57,596 nt of DNA, taken from the NCBI GenBank assembly GCA_002711925.1, contig PASJ01000001.1, forward strand, positions 1 to 57,596, given 5' to 3'. Each line of letters opens with the position of its first letter. Position 1 is the stretch's first letter. Positions 30,155-40,025 of this stretch are shown here, in pieces. This stretch comes from Pseudobdellovibrionaceae bacterium. GTDB lineage: Bacteria > Bdellovibrionota_B > Oligoflexia > Oligoflexales > Bog-1112. A program made the translations under genes and the position numbers. Under the pieces are notes generated by a model. That model was not told where the DNA came from, did no database searches, and was given only the letters and a program-made list of their open reading frames with translations.

Positions 30155-30997
30155 ATGCCCGAACTACCTGAAGTCGAAACCATAACTAAAGGACTTAACC
30201 TAAAATTTTCAGGTAAGACCTGTACCAAAATAGTGTTTCACCGCAAAGACTTACGTTACCCAATTCCTCAACAAACAATTAGAAGCTGCTGCTTAGAGAC
30301 ACCCATTTTGTCATTTAAACGAAGAGCTAAATACATATTGATGGAAACACAGAAAGGATCTATCGTTTTTCATCTTGGTATGACAGGAAGCATTCACCAA
30401 GAAGTGAGCTCTGTCCCTTTACGCCCACATACCCACGCTGTTTTTTCATTTTATGAAAACAAACAAAAAAAAGTATATTTACATTACGTGGACCCTCGAA
30501 GATTTGGTCTGATTTCTGCAATAAAAGGTGCCGTCACTGGTAAAGAAAAATATTTTCAGGACTTAGGATTAGAGCCCTTAGAACACAAGAATCTTGGAAA
30601 AAAACTGATGCAGCTTGGAGCTCACAAAAAGCAAGCTATCAAAAAATTTATAATGGATAGTAAAATTATCGTAGGTGTAGGAAATATATATGCAAGCGAA
30701 AGCCTTTATGAGGCAAGGGTTCACCCGGAAACACCCGCAGGAAACCTCAAGAATAAGCACTTCATAGCCATAGGTCTTGCTATTCAGAAAATCTTAAGAA
30801 AAGCCATCAAAGATGGAGGCACAACCCTTAAAGATTATGTTAATACAGACGGTAAACCTGGTTACTTTAAGCAAAAACTAAAAGTCTATGATAGAGAACA
30901 GCAACCTTGTCTTACCTGCAAACAAAAAATTGTTCGCTTGGTGCAAGGCGGAAGAAGCACTTTTTTTTGTCCTTACTGTCAAAAAGAGAAAAAATAA
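30155..30997 (+). CDS. mutM: Formamidopyrimidine-DNA glycosylase
   Basis: MPELPEVET N-terminus, HLGMTG, GVGNIYASE, C-terminal CxxC...CxxC zinc finger. Confidence 0.97.
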   Translation: MPELPEVETITKGLNLKFSGKTCTKIVFHRKDLRYPIPQQTIRSCCLETPILSFKRRAKYILMETQKGSIVFHLGMTGSIHQEVSSVPLRPHTHAVFSFYENKQKKVYLHYVDPRRFGLISAIKGAVTGKEKYFQDLGLEPLEHKNLGKKLMQLGAHKKQAIKKFIMDSKIIVGVGNIYASESLYEARVHPETPAGNLKNKHFIAIGLAIQKILRKAIKDGGTTLKDYVNTDGKPGYFKQKLKVYDREQQPCLTCKQKIVRLVQGGRSTFFCPYCQKEKK

Positions 30998-31158
30998 GCT
31001 CGAAATCTCGCCCAAAGCCTCGGCAGCCACAAACGGGGTGCAGGTTCCTCATGTAGAAAAAACCCTTTAGCCTCAATACTCAAAAACAAAACATATTATT
31101 TTAGCTAAACTTTTTTATCCAGAAACTGGAACATCAAAAAAAAGCTGCGAGGAAACAA

Positions 31159-31187
31159 TTGACAGATGCTTCCTAAAAAGATAAAAC
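31159..31187 (+). promoter_or_regulatory. Sigma70-type promoter of tRNA-Ile
   Basis: TTGACA (31159-64), 17 bp, TAAAAC (31182-87), ending 16 bp before the tRNA. Confidence 0.6.
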
Positions 31188-31203
31188 CTTCTTTCAATTA
31201 TAT

Positions 31204-31280
<77 letters not shown>

Positions 31281-31550
31281 TTTTATTTATTTCTTCCAAG
31301 ACTTTATCGATTTTAAGAATCTACAAAATTTCAGTACATAGATGTCAAATGTCGCGCAGAAAACCTTCATAACGCAAGATTCTGTGCGTACTTGTTCGTA
31401 GACATCCATAGCTTTCCATTTTCACCTTTATTGGAATAACTTTTTTTGTATAAAATTAAATAGGCTACTAAACAAAACTTGCACACATTGTTTATAATTA
31501 TCAAAAGAAACAACTTATACTCGTTTGAATTAAAGTATAGAGGATTTAAC

Positions 31551-33269
31551 ATTAATTATTTGCTTACTTTTTTACTTTTTTTGTGGGTTTTTTCCTGTAA
31601 AACCAGAAGAACATCCCGGACAATTGACGAAATCAATAAAACCACTAGCGAAAAACCGTCTTTATTAGAAGAAGGTGAAGATCCAAATAATTATGAAGAG
31701 ACTATCACTTTGTTCCCCGGCTCACTCAATGATTTTGAACTAACAGAAACTTCTGATGATTTTGAATGCAGCCCTATTGCTGCTGCAGAACTTACCATAC
31801 CCCTGTTAGAAAAAGATAATATTCCACAAGCTTTAGAACAATATAGACAAAGTGAAAACGAGTTAGAATTTCTTCGCTTTTATGCTTGCCTAGTACCAGA
31901 AGAAGAGAAAGACTTCAGTCTAGTCAAAACAAAAAGTACTAGTTTTCAGAACCTTGTGATTTTTGGGCAGAGACAACCTGGTGCTACTAGGACTTTAGGT
32001 AAACCTCCAGCTCCGCGGGGGACCCTTAGCAATACAAGAACTTTCCCAACCCCAACAAAACCTAACCCAGCTCCCTCAGGAAATAACACCTTCCCCAAAG
32101 GATTGGAGACACAAAAAAAACAGCTCTTTTTAACAGAAGACACAACACTAAAAATACCAGATGGTACTACGATAAAAATACAAGCTCAAGTAAGAGGCTT
32201 ATTCGCAAGATTGAAAGTCAACGAGATAAAAAAGAAAGAAAAACTGACACTACAAGCAACACAGGCTACAAGTGAGTTTCAAAAAAACAATTCTCGCTTA
32301 AACCAGAAACTAAAAAAAACCTGGGAAGATGGTGGAACCATCGACAATCTAATAATTAAGCTTTCCAAATCTTTTAAAAATCGAAGTATTATAGAAGTAA
32401 TAGATTCACTAAAAGAATTAAAAAAAAGCGCCTTAGATGTTAAGGCAAAGCACACAACATGGCAGGCAAACTTCCCAGAAGAAAAAAAGCTATATACCAT
32501 GACAGACCTTGAAAGTATCTCAATCCATTCAAAAGACTACCTGTACAGTACTTCTACCTATAATATCTTATATTTGAAGTACTTGGGGAAAATAAAAAAA
32601 CTAGAAGAGAATGATCTTAAGTCCTATAAGACTTTGACTAAACAGATGAAGACAAAAGCCATCGTATTAGATTCTGACACCCAAAAAATTTTGACTAAAA
32701 ATTCAGAAGTTCCAAAAGCTTCAGAAGCTCACTACAGCTCACAGTTAGCTGAACCAATGCAGTATAGCATGAGAGGTAGCATGCCTTTGAAAGAAATTCA
32801 CGAGAGTTTACAAAAACTAAAGAATCTAAACCAGAAGGTTGATGATGTAAAATTAAAGGACAATTCCACAGATCCTTTAAAAACAATTAAAGATTACCAA
32901 ACCAAAGTAGATGAAAGATTGGGAGCATGGGAGGATTCAAATGCAATCATTCAACAACTTACAAAACACAAAAAATCTCACAACCTTAAGGAAAAAAATG
33001 AAATTTTAGAGCAGCTTAAACAAAGAAGCAAGTTAATGGAACTAGGGGGTGACTCGGGTTTTACAGCAAATGACCAAGAAAAAATAATAAAACATTTAAT
33101 AGTAGAAAAGAAAAGATTCACTGAGCAAGCAAAGAATTCTTTCACCCCCTCTTCAAAGACAAAGTATCAAGATGAAGCAACAAAAATACAAACACTAATA
33201 ACTAGAGTAAATGAAATGAAGGTTGTTGAGCCAAAAGAGGCTTCGTTGAAGACTCTTTCACCACAGTAG
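31551..33269 (+). CDS. Hypothetical lipoprotein with Pro-rich linker and long coiled-coil
   Basis: Long ORF (open from 31479); h-region YLLTFLLFLWVFS-C lipobox; PPAPRG/PTPTKPNPAP linker; K/E/Q-rich helical C-half. Start uncertain. Confidence 0.7.
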   Translation: MNYLLTFLLFLWVFSCKTRRTSRTIDEINKTTSEKPSLLEEGEDPNNYEETITLFPGSLNDFELTETSDDFECSPIAAAELTIPLLEKDNIPQALEQYRQSENELEFLRFYACLVPEEEKDFSLVKTKSTSFQNLVIFGQRQPGATRTLGKPPAPRGTLSNTRTFPTPTKPNPAPSGNNTFPKGLETQKKQLFLTEDTTLKIPDGTTIKIQAQVRGLFARLKVNEIKKKEKLTLQATQATSEFQKNNSRLNQKLKKTWEDGGTIDNLIIKLSKSFKNRSIIEVIDSLKELKKSALDVKAKHTTWQANFPEEKKLYTMTDLESISIHSKDYLYSTSTYNILYLKYLGKIKKLEENDLKSYKTLTKQMKTKAIVLDSDTQKILTKNSEVPKASEAHYSSQLAEPMQYSMRGSMPLKEIHESLQKLKNLNQKVDDVKLKDNSTDPLKTIKDYQTKVDERLGAWEDSNAIIQQLTKHKKSHNLKEKNEILEQLKQRSKLMELGGDSGFTANDQEKIIKHLIVEKKRFTEQAKNSFTPSSKTKYQDEATKIQTLITRVNEMKVVEPKEASLKTLSPQ

Positions 33270-33650
33270 AATTCATATGGATATTTTTTTCTTAGTCTGC
33301 AACAAGAAAAGAAAACAGAAAAAATGAGCTACAAAAATTTAAATTCCTATACTTCATTATAATAGATAAAAAATTATTTTAAATATCTCTCAAACTTCCA
33401 AACACAATTTTTCTCTTGTCTAAATAAATTTTTCCAAAATATACGTTAGTTGTACAAGAAAGAAAAAATTAAATAAAAAAATAAAACCGTTCTTTGACAA
33501 TGGGACCTCTTGTCTTTTATGTGTTTTAAAAATGTATGGTTTCCTTTAAAACACAAATCACAACTTTAATCGTTGAGCCAACAAAAAAAATATATTATAT
33601 GTTTTTGAAGGGTGACATTGTATTTCTTATCAATAAATATAAAGGTAAAC

Positions 33651-34697
33651 ATGATGCAGGTGCATTTGAGAGTTTTTATCTTGTTTTTATTTTTAACACA
33701 ATCTTTTACAAATATAGCAACAGAAACACCAAAAAGGACAAGATCAGACCAAGAACAATTGAGTGAAAACAACGACGATCAATCGGAAGATTCCTCCGCA
33801 ACTGCAGAAGAAGAAGACGAGGAGATTTTAGAGTTAAACGCATCTAGAAAAAAAGCTCGAATCTCAAATGAAATCCTTGAAAGCGAAATTCAAAAAACCA
33901 CACTACAAATAGAAAAAATGAGAAAGGAAAGAGAACTTAACAGATATGTTTTTAGTACCTCTTCTTACGAGAAAAAGCCTTACAAACCTAAAAAGCAAAC
34001 TCTTAATGTTAGTGATAGAAAAATCCACCTAGATGGGCCGATAAACAGAGAAACGACAGATCGAATAATCAGACAAATTAATTTTTATAACAACAAAAAA
34101 AGAGGGTACCCGATATTTTTGTTTATCAATAGCCCAGGAGGGTCTGTTATCCAAGGGTTTAAGTTACTTGACGCCATAAATTATTGCCCTTCACCTGTTT
34201 ATGTGATTGTCAAAGAGTTTGCTGCAAGTATGGCAGCAGTCATAACAGCTCAGGCTAAACTCTCTTTTGCTTTAGAAAATGCAATTTTACTATTTCATGA
34301 ACCATCCACTTTGACGCACGGCAACACCTCTAACTTAAGAGAGAATTTGGATTTCATGGAAGATATTGAACAAAAGCTTATGGGACCACTATTGGAAAAG
34401 TTCAATTACACTTCCATTGAAGAGTGGAGAAAAGACCTATACAAAAACAGTGTAACAGGAGACTGGACGGAATTTGCTGGTGATGCTATAAAGCTAAAGT
34501 GGGTCAATAATATTGTAAAAGAAATAAGAGATACAAGTTCATTTACTTTAGAAGAAAATCAAGATCAAGATCAAAAGTATGATTCTGAAGAAGATAGCAA
34601 CAAAGGAAAAAAGAAAAAGACAAAAAAGAAAAAATCGCGTCAAGCAGCAGTAACATATGAAAGTCCTTTTGATTTTAATTTTATCTACTCAAAATAA
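33651..34697 (+). CDS. ClpP-family (S14-like) serine protease with signal peptide
   Basis: FINSPGGSV, FAASMAAVI (catalytic Ser), LLFHEP (His), GDWTEFAGDAI (Asp region); N-terminal hydrophobic signal, acidic and coiled-coil linker. ATG 33651 after AAAGG. Confidence 0.85.
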   Translation: MMQVHLRVFILFLFLTQSFTNIATETPKRTRSDQEQLSENNDDQSEDSSATAEEEDEEILELNASRKKARISNEILESEIQKTTLQIEKMRKERELNRYVFSTSSYEKKPYKPKKQTLNVSDRKIHLDGPINRETTDRIIRQINFYNNKKRGYPIFLFINSPGGSVIQGFKLLDAINYCPSPVYVIVKEFAASMAAVITAQAKLSFALENAILLFHEPSTLTHGNTSNLRENLDFMEDIEQKLMGPLLEKFNYTSIEEWRKDLYKNSVTGDWTEFAGDAIKLKWVNNIVKEIRDTSSFTLEENQDQDQKYDSEEDSNKGKKKKTKKKKSRQAAVTYESPFDFNFIYSK

Positions 34698-34899
34698 CAC
34701 ATATCTTCTTTTCCAAGCAAAAAATTTTCTACTTAATAATAAATAGTTTCTAAAAGATTCCTTCTATCTTCACATAAAAAGAGAAAATTCTTTAAAGTGT
34801 AAAAGACCTATTAAAATTAAGTTTGAATTTTAATCATTTTACACTACTATTCTATTCTTATAAAATCCTTATAAGAAACTCTCGCTAGGAATAACTACT

Positions 34900-36699
34900 A
34901 TGTTTTATTTGAAAAAATTAACACCTTTAGCTCAAATACTGTGGGTTACTGTACTCCTTTTTTTCTTATCCTTAATCCCTAAATATTATTTTTATTTCAG
35001 CAATTCTAGCGGCAATACAGAAGTTATTTTTACAAGTGTTTACCGAGTTTTAAATCTAAATCTTGTGCTTTTTTTTTTAATGCTTCCATATTTAGTTTCT
35101 TTTTGGAGCAAAAAAATTGCAGTTATCTTTCTATTTCTTGAGGTTTTTTCATCTTTGTTGATAAGCATGATAGAGCAAACTCTACTTCTAGGGTTTGGAC
35201 ATGGTTTTCATAGCGCTGTGTTTAACCAGATAGGGGCGAACTGGGACTCTGCGAATATGATCATTCGAATGTATGGAACAAAAATTATTCTCTTTTTAAT
35301 GATTTCCTTACCTACAACATATTTCATTTCTATACACGCAATAAAGACTTTACCGAAAAATACACTTGCATTTTTCTTCATAATTTTTTTGGGAATAAAA
35401 GGGTTATTTGTAATAAGTAAAAATATTGAGCCTGAAAAAAACAAATCTGATGCCCTCCACAATATTTCTTTAGTTTCCTTTTATATTCATTATAAAGATT
35501 ATCTTTCTATAAAAAACTTTTCTAGCAAACATAATCTTTCAGTTCGTGAAAAAAATATTTTGCAAGATATTGGCTTTATAAATAAACCTGTTGACCTTGA
35601 AAAAATTACTTACCCTTCAAAAAAGCTCAACCTAATAGTGGTTTATTTTGAAGGATTCAATCTTGATTACACTCAAAAAGGTGGTAGTAAATTCAAAGGG
35701 TTGACACCTCATCTTGATGCTTTTAACGATGAATCGGTTTTTTTCACTAATTACCACAGCGCAACGCGGCCAACACACAACGGTATTGTCTCTAATCTTT
35801 GTGGGATCATACCGGAAATTTCCAACAATCATTTTGTTGACTTTCCCCAAGACGGAGGCTCTCTTACTTGTTATCCTAATATTTTAAGAAAGTTTAATTA
35901 TAAGCAAGAATACCTATATTCTGCAACATATATGCTTAAAGGATATAAACAAAGCTCTTATTTTTCTGGTTTTGATCAAGTTTTTGGCGAACCTGATATT
36001 TTAAAAATAAATCCGCAACTGGAAACATACGAATGGGGTATCTACGACACGGATCTTGCAAACTTTACTATAAGTAGATCGAGATACTACCTGGATAAAA
36101 ACCAAACATTCAACCTAAATGTAAAATTTGCCAGTTCACACACAACCTACTATAAGTCTCCCGACTGTCCACAATATTCTCCAAGCAAACACCTAAATTC
36201 GATTCACTGTAGCGATTTTGCTTTTGGAAAAATATATGATTTTTACAAGAAATCAGGTTCCTATAAAAACACTGTACTGATAGCAGTAGCAGACGAGCCA
36301 GGGAAAAACATCACAAACAATAAGGATAGTGTCAATCAAAAAATTTTGTTTTCTATGATGCACCCTGACATGAAAAGCAATGTTAATCATATAATTAGCT
36401 ATTCACCTGACTTTGCTCCCACAATACTTGAAGCACTAAGATTTAATATTCAAGAGCTAAACTTAGGGAAATCTATATTTTCAAAAAGAAAGAATTACCC
36501 CTTACTCGTATCTCCTCGATACATAGTAACACAAGAAGGAATAAAAACAAAAAGGTGTAGTATTGATTCTTCACATTCTTATTTAATAAATAAAAAAGAT
36601 GACCTTGAGGACAATTGCAAACGATCAAAGTTATTTAAGATCTATAATGATCAAATCATTCTCTCAAAAAAAGATGAAAATAATATTTTTGAATTTTAG
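34900..36699 (+). CDS. LtaS/MdoB-like membrane phosphotransferase (alkaline-phosphatase/sulfatase superfamily)
   Basis: 5 N-terminal TM helices, NLIVVYFEG metal motif, Thr nucleophile region ATRPTHNG, SSH, VADE. Confidence 0.8.
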   Translation: MFYLKKLTPLAQILWVTVLLFFLSLIPKYYFYFSNSSGNTEVIFTSVYRVLNLNLVLFFLMLPYLVSFWSKKIAVIFLFLEVFSSLLISMIEQTLLLGFGHGFHSAVFNQIGANWDSANMIIRMYGTKIILFLMISLPTTYFISIHAIKTLPKNTLAFFFIIFLGIKGLFVISKNIEPEKNKSDALHNISLVSFYIHYKDYLSIKNFSSKHNLSVREKNILQDIGFINKPVDLEKITYPSKKLNLIVVYFEGFNLDYTQKGGSKFKGLTPHLDAFNDESVFFTNYHSATRPTHNGIVSNLCGIIPEISNNHFVDFPQDGGSLTCYPNILRKFNYKQEYLYSATYMLKGYKQSSYFSGFDQVFGEPDILKINPQLETYEWGIYDTDLANFTISRSRYYLDKNQTFNLNVKFASSHTTYYKSPDCPQYSPSKHLNSIHCSDFAFGKIYDFYKKSGSYKNTVLIAVADEPGKNITNNKDSVNQKILFSMMHPDMKSNVNHIISYSPDFAPTILEALRFNIQELNLGKSIFSKRKNYPLLVSPRYIVTQEGIKTKRCSIDSSHSYLINKKDDLEDNCKRSKLFKIYNDQIILSKKDENNIFEF

Positions 36700-36869
36700 A
36701 ATTCTTCTTTTCAATACCGTAAACGAAAAAAAAACAAGTCAAAAAAATTTTATTTAAAAGTATCACAGCGTCTTATCGAACATTTTTTTGCTTCTTGATT
36801 TACTCTTTATATCAGGTGCTTCAATTATTTCACTTAAATTTTTTTTACGTTCTTGCAAGAAAAATAAGA

Positions 36870-36892
36870 TTAAGTTAGTCTAAAATTAGACT
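36870..36892. promoter_or_regulatory. Palindromic candidate operator (DtxR/MntR-like) upstream of metal transporter
   Basis: Perfect AGTCTAA-AA-TTAGACT inverted repeat; TTAAGTTAGTCTAAAATTA resembles the DtxR box TTAGGTTAGCCTAACCTAA. Confidence 0.35.
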
Positions 36893-37082
36893 TAAACTTA
36901 TAAGTCAAAAAAGCAACTGCTTTTTATTTTTAACAAAGACAACAAATAAAAACGGAGGGATAAAGCATAAAAAAAATTAGCAAGTACCTATACTTGTACA
37001 CAACAATCTTCTAGAAAAGAATACTAATTAATCTCTAGTTTATAAAGATAGCTTTATCTTAATTATCTAAACAGGAGGCACT

Positions 37083-37727
37083 ATGCACTGGGAACTTATT
37101 CTTACTTTTTTTCTAGGTGCTCTTCATACCCTAGAACCTGGGCACGGAAAAACAGCAATGTTTACGTTCATGTTTGATCAAGAAAAAAAATGGTGGGACT
37201 CTTTTGCTTTAGGCATTTCAGTTGTTGTATCACACGCATTTATTATATTTTTACTTGCTACCTTAACTCACATTTTTGGCCATTTTGTTGTAGAGGGAAA
37301 ACCAGACTCATATTTTGTTGAAGTTATTAGGATTTTTGCAGCCTCAACTATGGTCAGTATTGGGGTCTATTTACTTCTAAAAAAAGAAAAAAAAGCAAGC
37401 TGCTGCAGTCAACATACCCACGATAAGAAAAGCTCAGTAAAACTTCCTATTTTACTAGGAATCAGTATCGGACTTTACCCTTGCCCATCTCTTCTTGCTA
37501 GTTTTTTTGCATCGCTTAGCACAGGCCAGTTCAACCTGGGAATACTAGCTATTTTCTTATTTTCACTAGGATCACTGATATCTATTTTTATTAGCGCCTT
37601 GACTCTTAAGTCCCTTGGTCAAAGGTTCTTAAAAGATTTTGATCGCAAATTTCCAAAATTAAATTTTAATAAGATTCAAGGAATCATTATTGTTTTAGCT
37701 GGACTTGTCTCTTTAGTTTTTCATTAA
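37083..37727 (+). CDS. RcnA/NicO-like nickel/cobalt transporter
   Basis: LGALHTLEPGHGKT signature, CCSQHTH loop, GLYPCP motif, about 6 TM; AGGAGG RBS. Confidence 0.85.
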   Translation: MHWELILTFFLGALHTLEPGHGKTAMFTFMFDQEKKWWDSFALGISVVVSHAFIIFLLATLTHIFGHFVVEGKPDSYFVEVIRIFAASTMVSIGVYLLLKKEKKASCCSQHTHDKKSSVKLPILLGISIGLYPCPSLLASFFASLSTGQFNLGILAIFLFSLGSLISIFISALTLKSLGQRFLKDFDRKFPKLNFNKIQGIIIVLAGLVSLVFH

Positions 37728-37964
37728 TTAAAACCTATAAATCAAAACGATTTTACCCTTAAGAAAAATCTCTAACTATCAAACAAGAACAAAATTTGTT
37801 TTATCAAGATATAATGACCTTACCTAAAAAAACCAATGTATTATTTACATGTAAAAAAACAACACAGTCATAATAAGCTCAAAGTAATAAAAATAGACGC
37901 AGAAAGCACAAAAAATAATATAATTTTCGCAAGTCTTTTGTCCTCAAATCCTTATTAAATGATT

Positions 37965-39146
37965 CTAACGAGCAAGAATCCTCTTTGCAGCAGCTCTTGC
38001 TCCTGCAATGTTTTTTGCAATTGGGCCAATCTCTAACTCAGCAAGAGAGCCAGAAACATAAATCTTAGGATGCCAAGCCAGACGCTCATCAGGAATAGGA
38101 AAGCCACAAGCAGCAACAGGAAGCTTAAAATTGTCAATTAAGTGATTAAGCATTTCACCACCAGGTCTTATATTTTCAAAACCAGTAGCAAGAATAAGCC
38201 TATCAACCTTCAAAGGGTCTAGTTGATCTAAAATTATTTTCAGGCCGTTATCGTCTTCATGTAAGCTTGCAACCGGACTCTCATAATGATGAATACTCTG
38301 GTGACGAATTTTAAACTTAATCGTAGTATAAAGCTGAGGAGGAACTGAACCTCGATGACGACTCTGAGTTATACACCATCTCCTTTTACAATAGTCTTTT
38401 TGCTCAGCAAAGCGACGCATCGAATTCACTCCCAACCAAGTTGGATCAGAATCAAACTGATGCTTTCTTAAGGGGTGTCTTGTTATAAGGTGCACCTTTG
38501 CACCAACACTTTCTGCATATAAAGCGGCTTGTATAGCAGTAATCCCTCCACCTACAACAGCAATATTACTGTGTTTCTTTATATCAACCCAGTTAAAGTC
38601 GGAAGAGAAAATATGCATAACCCTGGAAGACTTGACTTGGGCCCATAAAGGTATATTGATTTTTTCAGACTGACCTAAAGCTAAAACTACTTTTTTAGCT
38701 TGAAAAATTCTGCCCCCAACCGTTACAAGGTCAACGTGATCTTTACAAATATTAACAAATTTTACTTTTTCTTGAACGTGAAGGGATTCTAAACCACTTT
38801 CTTTTATAAGAAACTTACAGTGTGAGTTAAAAACATCGATACTAGGCCTGTTGTAAGGATAAGAAAATTTTCCTTTTCTGCTCTTAGGCTTCTTGCCTGC
38901 AAACCTTTTTAATGAGAAAGGATCTTCTGCTATATTATGGAGAAGAGGAGATCTTAAACTTTTCATTTTAGTTGCTGCTGTTTGCTTTTCCCAGTTGTTT
39001 AAAAGTTTCGGTTCGGGGTCAACAATTATCAACGAAGCTGGCTCAACTTTTTTATTTGCTAAAAGCCTGAGGCCAACATGAGTTCCATGAATCCCGCCCC
39101 CAATAACAACCCAATCATATCTATGCGGCATTTGAGAGTCTTTCAC
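37965..39146 (-). CDS. FAD/NAD(P)-binding oxidoreductase (class B flavin monooxygenase-like), uncharacterised
   Basis: Two dinucleotide motifs (IGGGIHG, VGGGITA), LRSP, LILATGF, GSLAELEIGP..NIAGAR; no MerA/Lpd CxxxxC disulfide. Confidence 0.82.
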   Translation of the reverse strand: MKDSQMPHRYDWVVIGGGIHGTHVGLRLLANKKVEPASLIIVDPEPKLLNNWEKQTAATKMKSLRSPLLHNIAEDPFSLKRFAGKKPKSRKGKFSYPYNRPSIDVFNSHCKFLIKESGLESLHVQEKVKFVNICKDHVDLVTVGGRIFQAKKVVLALGQSEKINIPLWAQVKSSRVMHIFSSDFNWVDIKKHSNIAVVGGGITAIQAALYAESVGAKVHLITRHPLRKHQFDSDPTWLGVNSMRRFAEQKDYCKRRWCITQSRHRGSVPPQLYTTIKFKIRHQSIHHYESPVASLHEDDNGLKIILDQLDPLKVDRLILATGFENIRPGGEMLNHLIDNFKLPVAACGFPIPDERLAWHPKIYVSGSLAELEIGPIAKNIAGARAAAKRILAR

Positions 39147-39305
39147 TAAAGTTTACTATTTAATTTCATCATAAAACCCACAAAAATTGCTTCAAGAGCA
39201 AAAAAACTACTGTTATGTTAACATCTTAAACTGTTGATAAAATGATGTTTTTTCTTACACTATTTTTTAATGAATTTGAATTATAAAATTTTAATTATAA
39301 AGAAG

Positions 39306-39674
39306 CTATGCTAGCGCCGGTAGGACAAACGCAAAGAAAAAACCTAAAATATAAATAATTAGAGAAGCTTGCCAGACTACGTTTGTTTTTTTTTGCACAG
39401 ACTCACAAAGCTCACCTTGACCAGGCAAACACTCGTCGCGCACATCTAGTCTTCTTATAAACTTTGAGAGAAAGAGCAAGCAACCAGCAACAAGAAATAA
39501 TAAGCTCTTGTGCTCAGACAACAAAACTAACCAAGGGAAAAAACCGATTATACCTGCAAACGTTGCCCCAGCACCTAAAGTAACAAAAACCACCGGCAAA
39601 GCACAACACAAAAGAGTGGAGCTAGAAGCAAATAAAGAAAAAAACACAATAAGTCTACTTAAAACTTTTCTCAT
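39306..39674 (-). CDS. MerT/MerF-like small heavy-metal membrane transporter
   Basis: Vicinal CC in first TM (STLLCCALP), second Cys pair in loop (ECLPGQGELC), about 3 TM. Confidence 0.75.
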   Translation of the reverse strand: MRKVLSRLIVFFSLFASSSTLLCCALPVVFVTLGAGATFAGIIGFFPWLVLLSEHKSLLFLVAGCLLFLSKFIRRLDVRDECLPGQGELCESVQKKTNVVWQASLIIYILGFFFAFVLPALA

Positions 39675-39999
39675 TTCTTTTTATCTCCTTTACATTGTAC
39701 CCAGCTTTTTTAACAATAGATTTTATTTTTTCATCTTCTATTGACATGTCTTTGTTCAAGTAAATATCAATACCCTTGTTTGAAGGCACAACTAAAGCTG
39801 TTCTAACACTTTCTTGTTTAGCGAAAGACCTTTCTAGGCCATCAACGCAAAAGGAACAAAGTGTTCCATCTATTTCAACACGTATACTGTCCGGAATAAT
39901 TTTAGACTCAAAAGCTTTGTCAAAAATCATTCCCCCTAGAAAATTGAAAAAAACAAAAACAAAAATAAAGAAAAAAATTTTTTCACAAATTTTAATCAT
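39655..39999 (-). CDS. Exported/anchored HMA-domain metal-binding protein
   Basis: N-terminal hydrophobic segment, then IDGTLCSFC...AGYNV HMA fold. Confidence 0.8.
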   Translation of the reverse strand: MIKICEKIFFFIFVFVFFNFLGGMIFDKAFESKIIPDSIRVEIDGTLCSFCVDGLERSFAKQESVRTALVVPSNKGIDIYLNKDMSIEDEKIKSIVKKAGYNVKEIKRNEKSFK

Positions 40000-40025
40000 G
40001 AAACAACCCAAAAAAATTAAAAAAA

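Noticed and set aside
30998-31075. GC-rich patch after mutM as SRP, 6S or other ncRNA
   Set aside because: No SRP GGAA tetraloop/AGCAG motif, too short for 6S, no convincing long stem, and no recognisable peptide in the frames I translated.
39205-39225. Zur box upstream of the flavoprotein (TGTTATGTTAACA)
   Set aside because: Two bases short of the TGTTATnnnATAACA spacing; too weak in AT-rich DNA to call.
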